A stretch of 28,759 bases of DNA. Source: Opitutia bacterium. GTDB taxonomy: Bacteria; Verrucomicrobiota; Verrucomicrobiia; Opitutales; T3Sed10-336. A program made the position numbers and the translations under genes. Location: positions 1-28,759 of the forward strand of contig JBJHCF010000056.1 of NCBI GenBank assembly GCA_050506795.1, given 5' to 3'. The notes beneath the pieces are model-generated. The model did not search any database, was not told the origin of the DNA, and was given only the letters and a program-made list of their open reading frames with translations. Shown in pieces: positions 15,852 to 25,317 of this stretch; position 1 is the first letter of the stretch, and each line of letters begins with the position of its first letter.

Positions 15852-17159
15852 ATGAAACACACACCAAATTCATCTCTTTCCATCCTTCTGGTAATTTCTC
15901 TTTCTCTATTCTGCACGGATTCCACATCCCGGGAAAGCGATATTCCAACCAGTGCCGCAACAATAGCTATTGCCGGGAATGCCTTTCTGACGGAAGGAAA
16001 CTCCGGAATGATTACCCCAAACGGCCTGGCGGAATGGGGGGATCCGTCCAGTGTGTTCAGTGTGTTTGTAAAGCTTCACCAAGCTGCAGAGGCCACGGTA
16101 AAACTGCGCGCGAAAGCCGAGACGGGCCGGAGTTTGGTGTCCCTTGAGATTAATGGTGAAACAAGGCTATCCAATATTACTTCTCCAACCTTTGAACTTG
16201 TTTCATTTGGCGATTTCGAGCTTCCCGCCGGTGAGTATATTCAAATAAACCTTCGCGGTGTTGAAAAAGCCGGAACTGAGTTTGCAAATGTTACGGACCT
16301 GATTCTTGAAATACCCGCAGATGTGACCCTCTCTTATGTAAAAGACAATCATAACGGCCGTTACTACTGGGGCCGGCGCGGCCCATCGGTCCACCTGAGC
16401 TATGATACTCCTGAAAACACCGACCTGAAATGGTTTTATAGTGAACTAACGGTTCCCGATGCAAATGATCCGGCCGGATCATTTTATATGGCCAACGGTT
16501 TTGGCGAGGGATATTTCGGCATACAGGTCAATTCCGACACCGAACGACGGGTGCTTTTCTCAGTGTGGAGTCCCTATCAAACCGATAACCCCGCGGAAAT
16601 CCCGGAAGAACAGCGAATTCAGGTTCTCGCCAAAGGAGACGATGTCCAGGTTGGAGAATTTGGGAATGAAGGATCGGGCGGACAAAGTTTTCTCCGGTAC
16701 AACTGGTCGGCAGGGTCCACCTACCGATTCCTCAACAGCGTCGAACCCGACGGAGACGGCAACACGATCTACACCGCGTATTTTTATTCGCCCAATCAAC
16801 AGGAGTGGACATTGATCGCCCGGTTTTTGCGTCCAAAGACCAATACCTGGTACACTCGTCCTCACTCTTTCCTCGAAAGCTTCTTGTCCCAAAACGGCTT
16901 TAAGGGACGCAAAGGGTTTTATCACAATCAATGGGCCGCGGACACCGAAGGCAATTGGCATGAACTGACCCAGGCCACTTTCACCGGTGACGACATCGCG
17001 CGAGCCGGCTATCGGCTTGATTTTAACGGGGGTATTGAGGATGGAGTTTTCTTTATGGAGAACGGCGGCTTTTTCGTAGGTCAAACTCCTCTTGGTTCGA
17101 AGTTTGAACGGATGGAATCAGGACAGGAGCCGAATGTGGACTTGAACAATTTGCCTTGA
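15852..17159 (+). CDS. Exported DUF3472/DUF5077-like protein
   Basis: Signal peptide ending LSLFC; YWGRRGPSVHL, FYSELTVP, YMANGFGEGYFGIQVNS.TERRVLFSVWSP, FGNEGSGGQS. The family label is from memory. Confidence 0.8.
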   Translation: MKHTPNSSLSILLVISLSLFCTDSTSRESDIPTSAATIAIAGNAFLTEGNSGMITPNGLAEWGDPSSVFSVFVKLHQAAEATVKLRAKAETGRSLVSLEINGETRLSNITSPTFELVSFGDFELPAGEYIQINLRGVEKAGTEFANVTDLILEIPADVTLSYVKDNHNGRYYWGRRGPSVHLSYDTPENTDLKWFYSELTVPDANDPAGSFYMANGFGEGYFGIQVNSDTERRVLFSVWSPYQTDNPAEIPEEQRIQVLAKGDDVQVGEFGNEGSGGQSFLRYNWSAGSTYRFLNSVEPDGDGNTIYTAYFYSPNQQEWTLIARFLRPKTNTWYTRPHSFLESFLSQNGFKGRKGFYHNQWAADTEGNWHELTQATFTGDDIARAGYRLDFNGGIEDGVFFMENGGFFVGQTPLGSKFERMESGQEPNVDLNNLP

Positions 17160-17252
17160 GTGAGTTTGCGACAAAGGTGAATTTTGTTAAATAACCCTAC
17201 TTGACCATCACTCCCGGAATAAGGCACTACCGGTCATTCAATCTTATCTCCT

Positions 17253-18584
17253 ATGAAAGAAAAAAATCAAAACCGCCCGCGCGTGGTCGTTCTCGGTGCC
17301 GGATTCGGGGGCCTGGCGTTCTGCCGGCAAATGAAAGGCGCGGCGGCGGACATCACTCTCGTCGATCGCCAGAATCATCACCTCTTTCAACCGCTGCTTT
17401 ACCAGGTTGCCACCGCCGGACTGTCCTCGACGGAGATTGCGTATCCTGTCCGCAACATCTTCAAACGCCGTTCCGATCTCCGCGTGGTCATGGGCACGGT
17501 GGTCGATTTGGACTTGCGAAAGCGGCGGGTGATGCTGCGCCGCCAGGAACTGGAATACGATTACCTGGTCGTGGCGTTGGGCGGCGTGACGAGTTACTTC
17601 GGAAACGACGCGTGGGCGGCGCACGCGCCCGGCCTCAAGAACGTCACCGACGCGCTGCGGATTCGTCACCGCCTGCTCATGGCCTACGAACGCGCCGAAA
17701 CCGAAACCAACCCGGATCACCGGCGGCGGTACCTGACCGCTGTGGTGGTGGGCGGCGGGCCGACCGGGGTCGAGTTGGCGGGATCGTTCGCCGAACTTGC
17801 CCGGCGCGTTCTTCGTTCCGAATACCGGCACGCCTCCAAAATCGAACCGCGGATCCTCCTGCTGGAGGCCGGCCCCCGTATACTGCCGACCTTCTCCGAA
17901 CGCCTGTCACAAAGCGCGGAAAAGCAGTTGCGCAGCCTGGGCGTCGAAGTCCGGACCAACGCGCCGGTGACTCATATCGACGACGGAACCGTCGCCTTTG
18001 CCAACGAGAAGGTCGATGCCGAAACCGTGGTTTGGGCGGCGGGCGTTCAGGCCTCGCCCCTCGCCGCAAAACTCGGCGTGGACCTCGACCGGGCCGGACG
18101 CATCCCCGTGGAGCCGGATCTCCGCGTTCCCGGACACCCGGAAGTTTTCGCCATAGGCGACATCGTTCAACTGAACGACGCCAACGGCAAACGCGTGCCC
18201 GGCGTCGCCCCGGCAGCCATGCAGATGGGACGGCACGTCGCCAAAGTGATGCGGGAAGACCTGCGCAACGCCAAGCCGGCTCCGGGTAAGCCCTTCGCCT
18301 ACCTCGACAAAGGTTCGATGGCGACCATCGGCCGCTCGCGGGCGGTGGCGCAGGTCGGAAAATTCGAGCTCTCCGGTTTCCCCGCCTGGCTGGCCTGGTT
18401 GTTCATTCACCTGATGTTCCTGGTGGGTTTTCACAACAAGCTGTTCGTGTTCCTGGACTGGCTCTATGCCTACGCCACCTTCAATCGAGGCGCGCGCCTG
18501 ATCATCCGTTCGGATATCGACAATCTCCCACCCGACCAAAAGTACACCAAACCCAGCCAATCCCCCTTGATCCGGCACGATTGA
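17253..18584 (+). CDS. ndh: Type II NADH:quinone oxidoreductase-like FAD oxidoreductase
   Basis: GAGFGG, HLFQPLLYQVATAGL, GGGPTGVELAG, FAIGD, APAAMQMG, DKGSMATIGR. Confidence 0.9.
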   Translation: MKEKNQNRPRVVVLGAGFGGLAFCRQMKGAAADITLVDRQNHHLFQPLLYQVATAGLSSTEIAYPVRNIFKRRSDLRVVMGTVVDLDLRKRRVMLRRQELEYDYLVVALGGVTSYFGNDAWAAHAPGLKNVTDALRIRHRLLMAYERAETETNPDHRRRYLTAVVVGGGPTGVELAGSFAELARRVLRSEYRHASKIEPRILLLEAGPRILPTFSERLSQSAEKQLRSLGVEVRTNAPVTHIDDGTVAFANEKVDAETVVWAAGVQASPLAAKLGVDLDRAGRIPVEPDLRVPGHPEVFAIGDIVQLNDANGKRVPGVAPAAMQMGRHVAKVMREDLRNAKPAPGKPFAYLDKGSMATIGRSRAVAQVGKFELSGFPAWLAWLFIHLMFLVGFHNKLFVFLDWLYAYATFNRGARLIIRSDIDNLPPDQKYTKPSQSPLIRHD

Positions 18585-18623
18585 GATCGTGCAGCCCTCC
18601 TGACATCGAAATCAAGTGGAAGT

Positions 18624-19367
18624 CTACTTCACTTCAACGGAAGCCTCCTTGTCAAAGGGGTTGGTCCGCCTGGCCAGGCAAAACCGATGCGGATAATCGG
18701 TTCGCAGATGCTTCATGAAATCCATCCATTGGACGGTCAACAACGGGTAGACACGTTTAATGTCCTCGACCAGATGCCGGTAGTCCGCAGGCGGCAGGCT
18801 TTTGAGGTTGCCGCGATGCAGGAGTTCCTCCGTCAGGTGATACACGGCCCAGACCAGATCCGTGAAAGGCTCGTTCTCCTGAAGATTCGGATTCTGCAAC
18901 AGATCAAGAAGAAACGGCTTTTTCTCCAGCAAATAATCCTTCAGGGATTCAAGATCGCCGTTCGTCCCGTCCATGGCAGACTTATGTTTTTCGATGCTCC
19001 CCCGGATATTCAGAAACTCACGCTCGGACCAATCACTGGGTACGGCGAGACTACGGCTGATCCGATGAACGTGGGTGTCAAATGCCGCAAATCTACGCAA
19101 AAGTTCCGTGCCTGTTTCGCTGAAAAACGCTCCGATTAACATGTTGAGTTTGTTTCGCAGAGCCTTCCGTTCCCGGTGATGCAGGAGACGATGGATTACC
19201 AAGGTCACCAACAAGACCTCGAAAAAGACGAATCCCACGTCGCCGACAAAGTAGAGGAAGATGTGATGTACATCGCGGAATATCAAAAAATGGACGTAGT
19301 AAACGGCCGCGGCCAGCGCGATTAGAATGATCGCAAGCGTAACCTGCCAGCTGTTCTCTCGTTTCAT
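18624..19367 (-). CDS. Hypothetical membrane protein (two N-terminal TM helices, soluble helical C-terminus)
   Basis: Two hydrophobic stretches, then KLNMLIGAFFSETG, NPNLQENEPFTDLVWAVYHLTEEL and RTNPFD. Confidence 0.85.
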   Translation of the reverse strand: MKRENSWQVTLAIILIALAAAVYYVHFLIFRDVHHIFLYFVGDVGFVFFEVLLVTLVIHRLLHHRERKALRNKLNMLIGAFFSETGTELLRRFAAFDTHVHRISRSLAVPSDWSEREFLNIRGSIEKHKSAMDGTNGDLESLKDYLLEKKPFLLDLLQNPNLQENEPFTDLVWAVYHLTEELLHRGNLKSLPPADYRHLVEDIKRVYPLLTVQWMDFMKHLRTDYPHRFCLARRTNPFDKEASVEVK

Positions 19368-19756
19368 GCTTTAATCCTTCCGACCGAAAGAATCCGTGAA
19401 TTAGGGAAAAGACCGGGTACCGATCCGCCGCATGAATATGTTGGCTGACACCGCGTTAAACGGCAAGGCTTTTCGGTCGGCAAGCTCCCTGCTCTTCCCC
19501 GGTTACTGATGACGGGATCCGAACCCGGTGACTGATGGGCAGCGTTCCCTTGATGCCTCCCGCAGGGACAACACTTCGCTAAGTGTTAATTCAACGGCTG
19601 AACCCAAAGTGCCCGAACGTCGGAGAAACGTTGGAATCTCCACACTCCGATTTACCCGGATCAAGGTTTGGCGGGCCGGAGATCAATGTTGACCGTTGGT
19701 TCCTTCCAAACTGGGGCAGGCTCGGCGATACCGATACAAATGCGGTTCGACTATAT

Positions 19757-19784
19757 TTGACAGAACCCTGAGAAAACGTATCCT
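19757..19784 (+). promoter_or_regulatory. Putative sigma70 promoter of LOV kinase operon
   Basis: TTGACA-N16-TATCCT, ending 8 nt upstream of GTG 19793. Confidence 0.6.
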
Positions 19785-19792
19785 TCGTTTGC

Positions 19793-21226
19793 GTGACCAG
19801 GGAGCTTTCTTTTGAGCTGCTTTTTGAAACCGCGAATGATGCCCTTTTCATCGTCGACGCGGCTGACGGAGGCATCATCGAAGCCAATCCGCGTGCCGGT
19901 CAATACACCGGCATCGATCCTTCGGAGCTCCGACATGTCCCCTTTGCGGATCTGTTGGCACAACCCCTTCCCTGTCCGATCGCAGCACTCGATAAAAAGC
20001 CGCTCGAGATTGCCCTAAAGCGATCGGAGGCCGAACCTCTGCCGTGCGAGATCTCTGTTAGTACGGGCACCCGCTCCAGGCGTCCCGTAAACTTGATTTC
20101 ACTACGGGATACTTCCGAGAAAAGAAGGGCCATGGCTGACCTCCACCTGCGAAACGAAGCTATGGCAAGCGTTACTTCGGGAGTGACCATATGCGACGCC
20201 CGGAATTCCGATTGCCCACTGATCTACGTCAACCCAGGGTTCGAGCGAATCACCGGATATTCCGCCTCGGAATCAATCGGGCGAAACTGCCGGTTTCTCC
20301 AGGGTGAAGATCGCGACCAGGATGGGCTGACCGTGCTCCGCCGCGCCCTTGACAAAGGGCAACCCTGCAAAGTCCGCCTCCGCAATTACCGCAAGGATGG
20401 CGATCTGTTCTGGAACGAATTGCACATCTCCCCCGTGCACGACGATTACGGCAATCTGACCCACTTTGTCGGTATCCAAATCGATGTGACGGATCGTGTC
20501 CTTGACCGAAAAAGGCTAGAAGCCTCAGAAGAACTCAAAACCCGGTTCATCCGGATGGTCAGCCACGAGTTCCGGACGCCGATGACGGGCATTCGCGCGT
20601 CCTCCGGGTTCCTCCGGGAGTACGGCCCCGCAGTCTCCTTCGAAAAACGGGAACAACATTTTTTGAATATTGAGAAGGCTCTCGATCGCATGAACCGGCT
20701 CCTGGACGACGTCCTGTTTTCCAGCCGGAGCAGTGCAGGCCGGATCCCCTTCGAGCCGCAGCCGACAGATATAAATGAATTCTGCCAGGGATTGGTGGAG
20801 GAGGTGCACATCATCCAGGGAGCTAACCGCGTGGTCTTCACCTCCCGAATCCCGGACGGTACGACTTTCCTCATCGATCCGGCCCTGTTAAGTCATGTCC
20901 TTCACAATCTCCTGTCCAATTCGCTAAAGTATTCGCCACAGGACAAACCTGTTCGCTTCCGGGCCGACTCCCGGGAGGAACGACTGTTGTTGGTGGTTGA
21001 AGATGAGGGTATCGGAATTCCCCTCAAGGATCAGGAGCAGCTCTTCTCGCCCTTTCACCGCGCCTCCAATGTCGGAACGACCAAGGGTACCGGCCTGGGG
21101 CTCTACATCGCAAAGAGTTCCACCGAGTTGCATGGAGGCATCCTGCGCGTTTCTTCAGCACCGGGCCGCGGTACGTGCTTTGAAGTCAATCTCCCGGTTA
21201 CGGTGGTCGAAGGAAGAAAGCCGTGA
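19793..21226 (+). CDS. Soluble PAS-LOV histidine kinase (HisKA-HATPase)
   Basis: LOV motifs GRNCRFLQG, NYRKDG, FWNEL and GIQ; H-box SHEFRTP; NLLSNSLKYS, DEGIGIP, GTGLGL. Confidence 0.93.
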   Translation: MTRELSFELLFETANDALFIVDAADGGIIEANPRAGQYTGIDPSELRHVPFADLLAQPLPCPIAALDKKPLEIALKRSEAEPLPCEISVSTGTRSRRPVNLISLRDTSEKRRAMADLHLRNEAMASVTSGVTICDARNSDCPLIYVNPGFERITGYSASESIGRNCRFLQGEDRDQDGLTVLRRALDKGQPCKVRLRNYRKDGDLFWNELHISPVHDDYGNLTHFVGIQIDVTDRVLDRKRLEASEELKTRFIRMVSHEFRTPMTGIRASSGFLREYGPAVSFEKREQHFLNIEKALDRMNRLLDDVLFSSRSSAGRIPFEPQPTDINEFCQGLVEEVHIIQGANRVVFTSRIPDGTTFLIDPALLSHVLHNLLSNSLKYSPQDKPVRFRADSREERLLLVVEDEGIGIPLKDQEQLFSPFHRASNVGTTKGTGLGLYIAKSSTELHGGILRVSSAPGRGTCFEVNLPVTVVEGRKP

Positions 21227-21960
21227 CCCGGATTCTGGTCATAGAAGACGATGAACAGGTCCGCCTCCCTCTCGTGGACCTGCTGGAGATCAACGGGTTT
21301 GAAGTCGAGTCCGCTGAGAACGGCCTCGCCGGCATCCGACTTGCCCGAGCAAACCCACCGGATCTTATTATCTCCGACATCATGATGCCGGAAGTCGACG
21401 GTTACTCCGTGCTACAAGCCATGCAGAACAACCCGGAAACAGCAGTGATTCCGTTTCTTTTTCTCTCCGCCAAAACCAGCGCCTCAGATATGCGGGAAGG
21501 GCTCGGGCTCGGCGCGGACGACTACCTGATAAAGCCTTACCAGGGTCACGAACTTCTGGCTGCGATCCGGACGCGCCTGGAGAAGCACGAGCGCATCGCC
21601 AAGGCGGCAAACCGGCCGGCCGCCGAAAGCACCATCGACCACATCTTCATCAAAGACGGGGACAACTGCTGGTTCGTCGAATTCGACGACCTTCGCCTTA
21701 TCGAGAGCGAAGAGAACTTCGTCCGCCTCTTTTTCCACGCCGAAAAACCCTTGATTCATCGCACCCTGAACTCGATGGAGAAACGACTCCCTTCGAACCA
21801 ATTCTTCCGCGCCAATCGCCGTCAGATCATCAATCTCAAGTGGATACAGAACATCAAGCCCTGGTTCAACGGAGGCCTTCACCTTAAGATGAAAGACGGG
21901 AAGACCGTCGAAATGTCCCGGCGCGCCGCCCAGGAATTCAAGTCGAGAATGGGACTCTGA
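21223..21960 (+). CDS. Response regulator, REC plus LytTR DNA-binding domain
   Basis: IEDD, SDIMMP, LSAK, DDYLIKP; LytTR FIKDGD..WFV...FFRANR.QIINL..I...EMSRR; GTGA overlap with the kinase. Confidence 0.93.
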   Translation: MTRILVIEDDEQVRLPLVDLLEINGFEVESAENGLAGIRLARANPPDLIISDIMMPEVDGYSVLQAMQNNPETAVIPFLFLSAKTSASDMREGLGLGADDYLIKPYQGHELLAAIRTRLEKHERIAKAANRPAAESTIDHIFIKDGDNCWFVEFDDLRLIESEENFVRLFFHAEKPLIHRTLNSMEKRLPSNQFFRANRRQIINLKWIQNIKPWFNGGLHLKMKDGKTVEMSRRAAQEFKSRMGL

Positions 21961-22080
21961 CTTGGAATCCACAAGAGAAACGGCTCCGAGAACAGGATGG
22001 CGCTTCAGAACCGGGATTGCCCTATTCACGTTCGCCCATCTGAACAGTTACCGGGCCCGTAGCCTCTGAGGACTTGAGGC

Positions 22081-22150
22081 CGGCGCTTCCGATACCAAAA
22101 CGCCGCTCAACCTGAAAATTGACCGTTCGCAACGGAATTCCGCCACTCCC
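22081..22150 (+). promoter_or_regulatory. Candidate LytTR binding array upstream of fasciclin gene
   Basis: Imperfect direct repeats at exactly 20-nt period: cggcgctt (22081), cgccgctc (22101), gaccgttc (22121), cgccactc (22141). Confidence 0.5.
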
Positions 22151-22260
22151 GGAAAAAGCGCTGCTTAATGCAGGAAGCTATCGAAAATTTCCCCAGGACA
22201 TTCGACTAGGTGACACTCGGTCGCAAGTCGGTCTCAGAAAACACAAACCATCAACTTACT

Positions 22261-22785
22261 ATGAACAGCCTTAAAAAATTCGTCTACATCGCCCTCGCGG
22301 CCCTGATTATCGCACCTGCCACGATCTCCACCGCGGACGCTCAACGGGCCAAAGAACCCACCATCGTCGAGATCGCGCTCGACAACGAGGCATTCAGTAC
22401 GCTGGTCGCGGCGGTTGTGAAGGCCGATCTCGTCGGCACACTCGACGGACGACGCCAGTTCACAGTCTTCGCTCCCACCAACGACGCCTTCGATGCCGCC
22501 GCAGCAGCCCTGCTGGGGGAAGGTTCCACCGGCACGGATCTCGTCGAAACACTTGATGCAGGTACGCTGGCTGACATCCTGCTTTACCACGTCGTCCCGG
22601 GAAACCGTAGTTCCAACAGCGTCCTCCCGGCGAGGCAACTCCGCACTGTGAACGGCGGATTCCTCAAGATCGACGGTATTACCCTGGTCGGTAACGTAAC
22701 CTCAGCGGACCTGATCGTGGGTCTGGTGGACATCCCGGCGCGCAACGGTGTCATCCACGTCATTGACTTCGTTTTGCTACCTTAA
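22261..22785 (+). CDS. Secreted single-domain fasciclin (FAS1) protein
   Basis: Signal peptide; FSTLVAAV, FTVFAPTNDAF, ILLYHVVPG, NGVIHVIDFVLLP. Confidence 0.93.
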   Translation: MNSLKKFVYIALAALIIAPATISTADAQRAKEPTIVEIALDNEAFSTLVAAVVKADLVGTLDGRRQFTVFAPTNDAFDAAAAALLGEGSTGTDLVETLDAGTLADILLYHVVPGNRSSNSVLPARQLRTVNGGFLKIDGITLVGNVTSADLIVGLVDIPARNGVIHVIDFVLLP

Positions 22786-22809
22786 GAAAAACGTTCAAAC
22801 ATTCACTTG

Positions 22810-22836
22810 AAAGCCCGGCTTCGGCCGGGCTTTTTT
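22810..22836 (+). terminator. Rho-independent terminator
   Basis: aaagcccggc-ttcg-gccgggcttt followed by a T run. Confidence 0.92.
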
Positions 22837-23068
22837 CTGGAATGCCAGGACCTGTTCGCCCGCGGGCGCCATGTCTGAACGCCATCTAATCGCTCTCTGT
22901 TTAGATTTCAGCCGCTGCAGCCCCTGTCGAGCATCGCTTTCCACAAGAATCGCTTCAACTCCGACAATCAACGCGCGGCACTACCGGCATTCTCTCGCTA
23001 GACTGAGCCATCGACTCGCAATGAGTGATTGCAGGCAATTGACAGTCCGGAATGAAGAGGTTGTCGAC

Positions 23069-24559
23069 ATGAGAGCGCTCTTAATATATCCTGAGTTTCC
23101 AGCCACGTATTGGAGTTTTAAATACGCCATTCGTTTCCTCGGCAAACGATCCGCCTTTCCGCCCCTCGGTCTGCTAACGGTAGCCGCGATGCTTCCCCGG
23201 GAATGGGATCTCCGGCTTGTGGACATGAACGTTCGGCGATTGAAGCGGAAAGATATTGAATGGGCGGATATCGTTTTTGTGGGCGGCATGGTGGTCCAGA
23301 AGCAATCCGCCTTGAAGGTGATCGCCCGCGTCCGGTCCGCCGGCCTGCCGGTGGTGGCCGGGGGCCCCTTATTTACCTGCGAGCCGCAGTCGTTTACGGA
23401 AGTGGATCACCTGGTTCTCAACGAGGCGGAGGTGACCTTGCCGCGATTTCTGGCAGACTGGGAAGCGGGGAACCCCGGAAAAAGGTACGAGAGCACCGAG
23501 TATCCGTCCTTGGAGCATACCCCCGTCCCGCGATGGGATTTGATCGATATGCGGGATTATTCGTCCATGAGCCTGCAGTTTTCTCGCGGGTGCCCCTTTG
23601 ATTGTGACTTCTGCAACGTAACAGCCCTGCTCGGACATCAGCCGCGCCTTAAGACCACGGCGCAGATTCTGGCCGAACTGGATGCGATTTACGAGGCCGG
23701 ATGGCGGGGCTCGGTTTTCTTCGTGGACGACAATTTCATCGGCAACAAGCGGATTCTTCGCGAAGAGCTTCTTCCCGCCCTGGAATCCTGGCAGCATGGA
23801 AAACGAGGCATTCCGTTTTATACCGAGGCTTCGATTAACCTCGCGGACGACCCCATGCTGATGGCTTCCATGGTTCGGGCTGGGTTTGACACCGTGTTTG
23901 TCGGCATCGAAACGCCGAGCGCCGAAGGGCTCGCGGAATGCAACAAAGGGCAAAACCGCAACCGCGACCTACTGGAATGTGTTCACACCATCCAACGGGC
24001 GGGCCTGCAGGTGCAGGGTGGCTTCATCGTCGGCTTTGACAGCGACGGCCCGGATATCTTTCAGCGCCAGATTGATTTCATACAGCAGAGCGGCATCGTC
24101 ATGGCCATGGTCGGGCTGTTGCAGGCGCCGGTGGGCACGCGGCTCTATGCGCGATTGAGAAGAGAGAATCGGATCCTCGGAGACTCCGCCGGGGACAACA
24201 CGGCATTGACGACAAATATCATGCCCCGGATGAATCTCGAAGTTTTGCAGGAGGGGTACCGTCGAATTTTCGAGAACATTTACCTGCCCAAACCCTACTA
24301 TCGGCGAGTGATACGGTTTCTGCGCGAGTACCGACGTCCCGAAATCCGTCAGCATTTGCAGCTGGCCCATTTCCGCGCCTTTCTGCGTTCCGTGGTTCGG
24401 CTGGGAATCCTGGGCAGGGAGAGGTTTCAATTCTGGCGTCTTATCACCTGGACGCTATTGCGCCGGAAGGATCTGTTTCCCACCGCAGTGACCTTGGCCA
24501 TCATGGGATTTCATTTTCGCAAGGTTTACCAAAGCCAGTTGAGCCGGCGTCGGATCTGA
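23069..24559 (+). CDS. Cobalamin-binding radical SAM protein (DUF4070-type C-terminus)
   Basis: PPLGLLTVAAML, VAGGP, RGCPFDCDFC (CxxxCxxC), FFVDDNF, GFIVGFDSD; ATG at 23069. Confidence 0.9.
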   Translation: MRALLIYPEFPATYWSFKYAIRFLGKRSAFPPLGLLTVAAMLPREWDLRLVDMNVRRLKRKDIEWADIVFVGGMVVQKQSALKVIARVRSAGLPVVAGGPLFTCEPQSFTEVDHLVLNEAEVTLPRFLADWEAGNPGKRYESTEYPSLEHTPVPRWDLIDMRDYSSMSLQFSRGCPFDCDFCNVTALLGHQPRLKTTAQILAELDAIYEAGWRGSVFFVDDNFIGNKRILREELLPALESWQHGKRGIPFYTEASINLADDPMLMASMVRAGFDTVFVGIETPSAEGLAECNKGQNRNRDLLECVHTIQRAGLQVQGGFIVGFDSDGPDIFQRQIDFIQQSGIVMAMVGLLQAPVGTRLYARLRRENRILGDSAGDNTALTTNIMPRMNLEVLQEGYRRIFENIYLPKPYYRRVIRFLREYRRPEIRQHLQLAHFRAFLRSVVRLGILGRERFQFWRLITWTLLRRKDLFPTAVTLAIMGFHFRKVYQSQLSRRRI

Positions 24560-24740
24560 CCGTTCGGCGGATAATCGACGGTGTCATCGGAAGGAACCCG
24601 AATGAAACCCAAGGAGGCGGAGCGTGCCCAACCCGTTCCCCTTGAACGATCTGGCGCCGACCGCCAAAAACTCCCGGAAGGCCTGCCCGTTCGCAAGCGG
24701 ACTTCGGCGGACCGCGAGTACATCGCCCCGATTTTTTTCT

Positions 24741-24765
24741 GGAATAGATCGTCCGCCGGCTCGTC
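24741..24765 (+). promoter_or_regulatory. Putative ECF-type autoregulatory promoter
   Basis: T-tract then GGAAT-N16-CGTC, ending 9 nt upstream of the sigma factor ATG. Confidence 0.55.
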
Positions 24766-24774
24766 TTACCGTCA

Positions 24775-25317
24775 ATGAGTCAGGAGTCGGAATTCGCGAA
24801 TCTGGTGCGAGAGTGGTATGATCCGCTGTATCGTTTCGCGTACTCTTTGTGCGGGAGTCGGGACGACGCGCTCGACCTGACCCAAAACGCCTTCCTCAAG
24901 TGGGCCCGCAAAGGACACCTCCTGAAGAAGCGTCACCGAGTCAAAAGCTGGTTGTTTACCGTCCTCTACCGCGAGTTCCTGGATCAGGCGCGGCGCAGAA
25001 AGAAATTCCCCAATCTCGAACTCAAGGAGGAAATCCTGCCGGATTCCGAAACGGGACGGGCCCGCGACCGGTTCGATTCCCGGGCGGCGGTTGCCGCCCT
25101 CGCCCGCCTCGACGAGGATTTTCGGGCGCCACTGGCGCTCTTTTACTTTGAACATCATTCCTATGCCGAAATCGCCGAGGTGCTGGACATTCCGATCGGA
25201 ACGGTTATGTCACGCATCCGTCGCGGCAAAGACCGCTTGCGCCGGCACCTGCAGGGAAGTCGCGAGACCGGCGGGGGCGAAGTGGTCCCCTTTCCCAAAG
25301 AGCAATCACAGTCATGA
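24775..25317 (+). CDS. ECF RNA polymerase sigma factor
   Basis: LYRFAYSL...DALDLTQNAFLK, KSWLFTVLYR (region 2); SYAEIAEVLDIPIGTVMSRIRRGK (region 4). Confidence 0.93.
   Translation: MSQESEFANLVREWYDPLYRFAYSLCGSRDDALDLTQNAFLKWARKGHLLKKRHRVKSWLFTVLYREFLDQARRRKKFPNLELKEEILPDSETGRARDRFDSRAAVAALARLDEDFRAPLALFYFEHHSYAEIAEVLDIPIGTVMSRIRRGKDRLRRHLQGSRETGGGEVVPFPKEQSQS

Noticed and set aside
23069..24559. Calling the B12 radical SAM hpnP (hopanoid methylase)
   Set aside because: The architecture is shared by many uncharacterised paralogs, and there are no hopanoid genes in the window.
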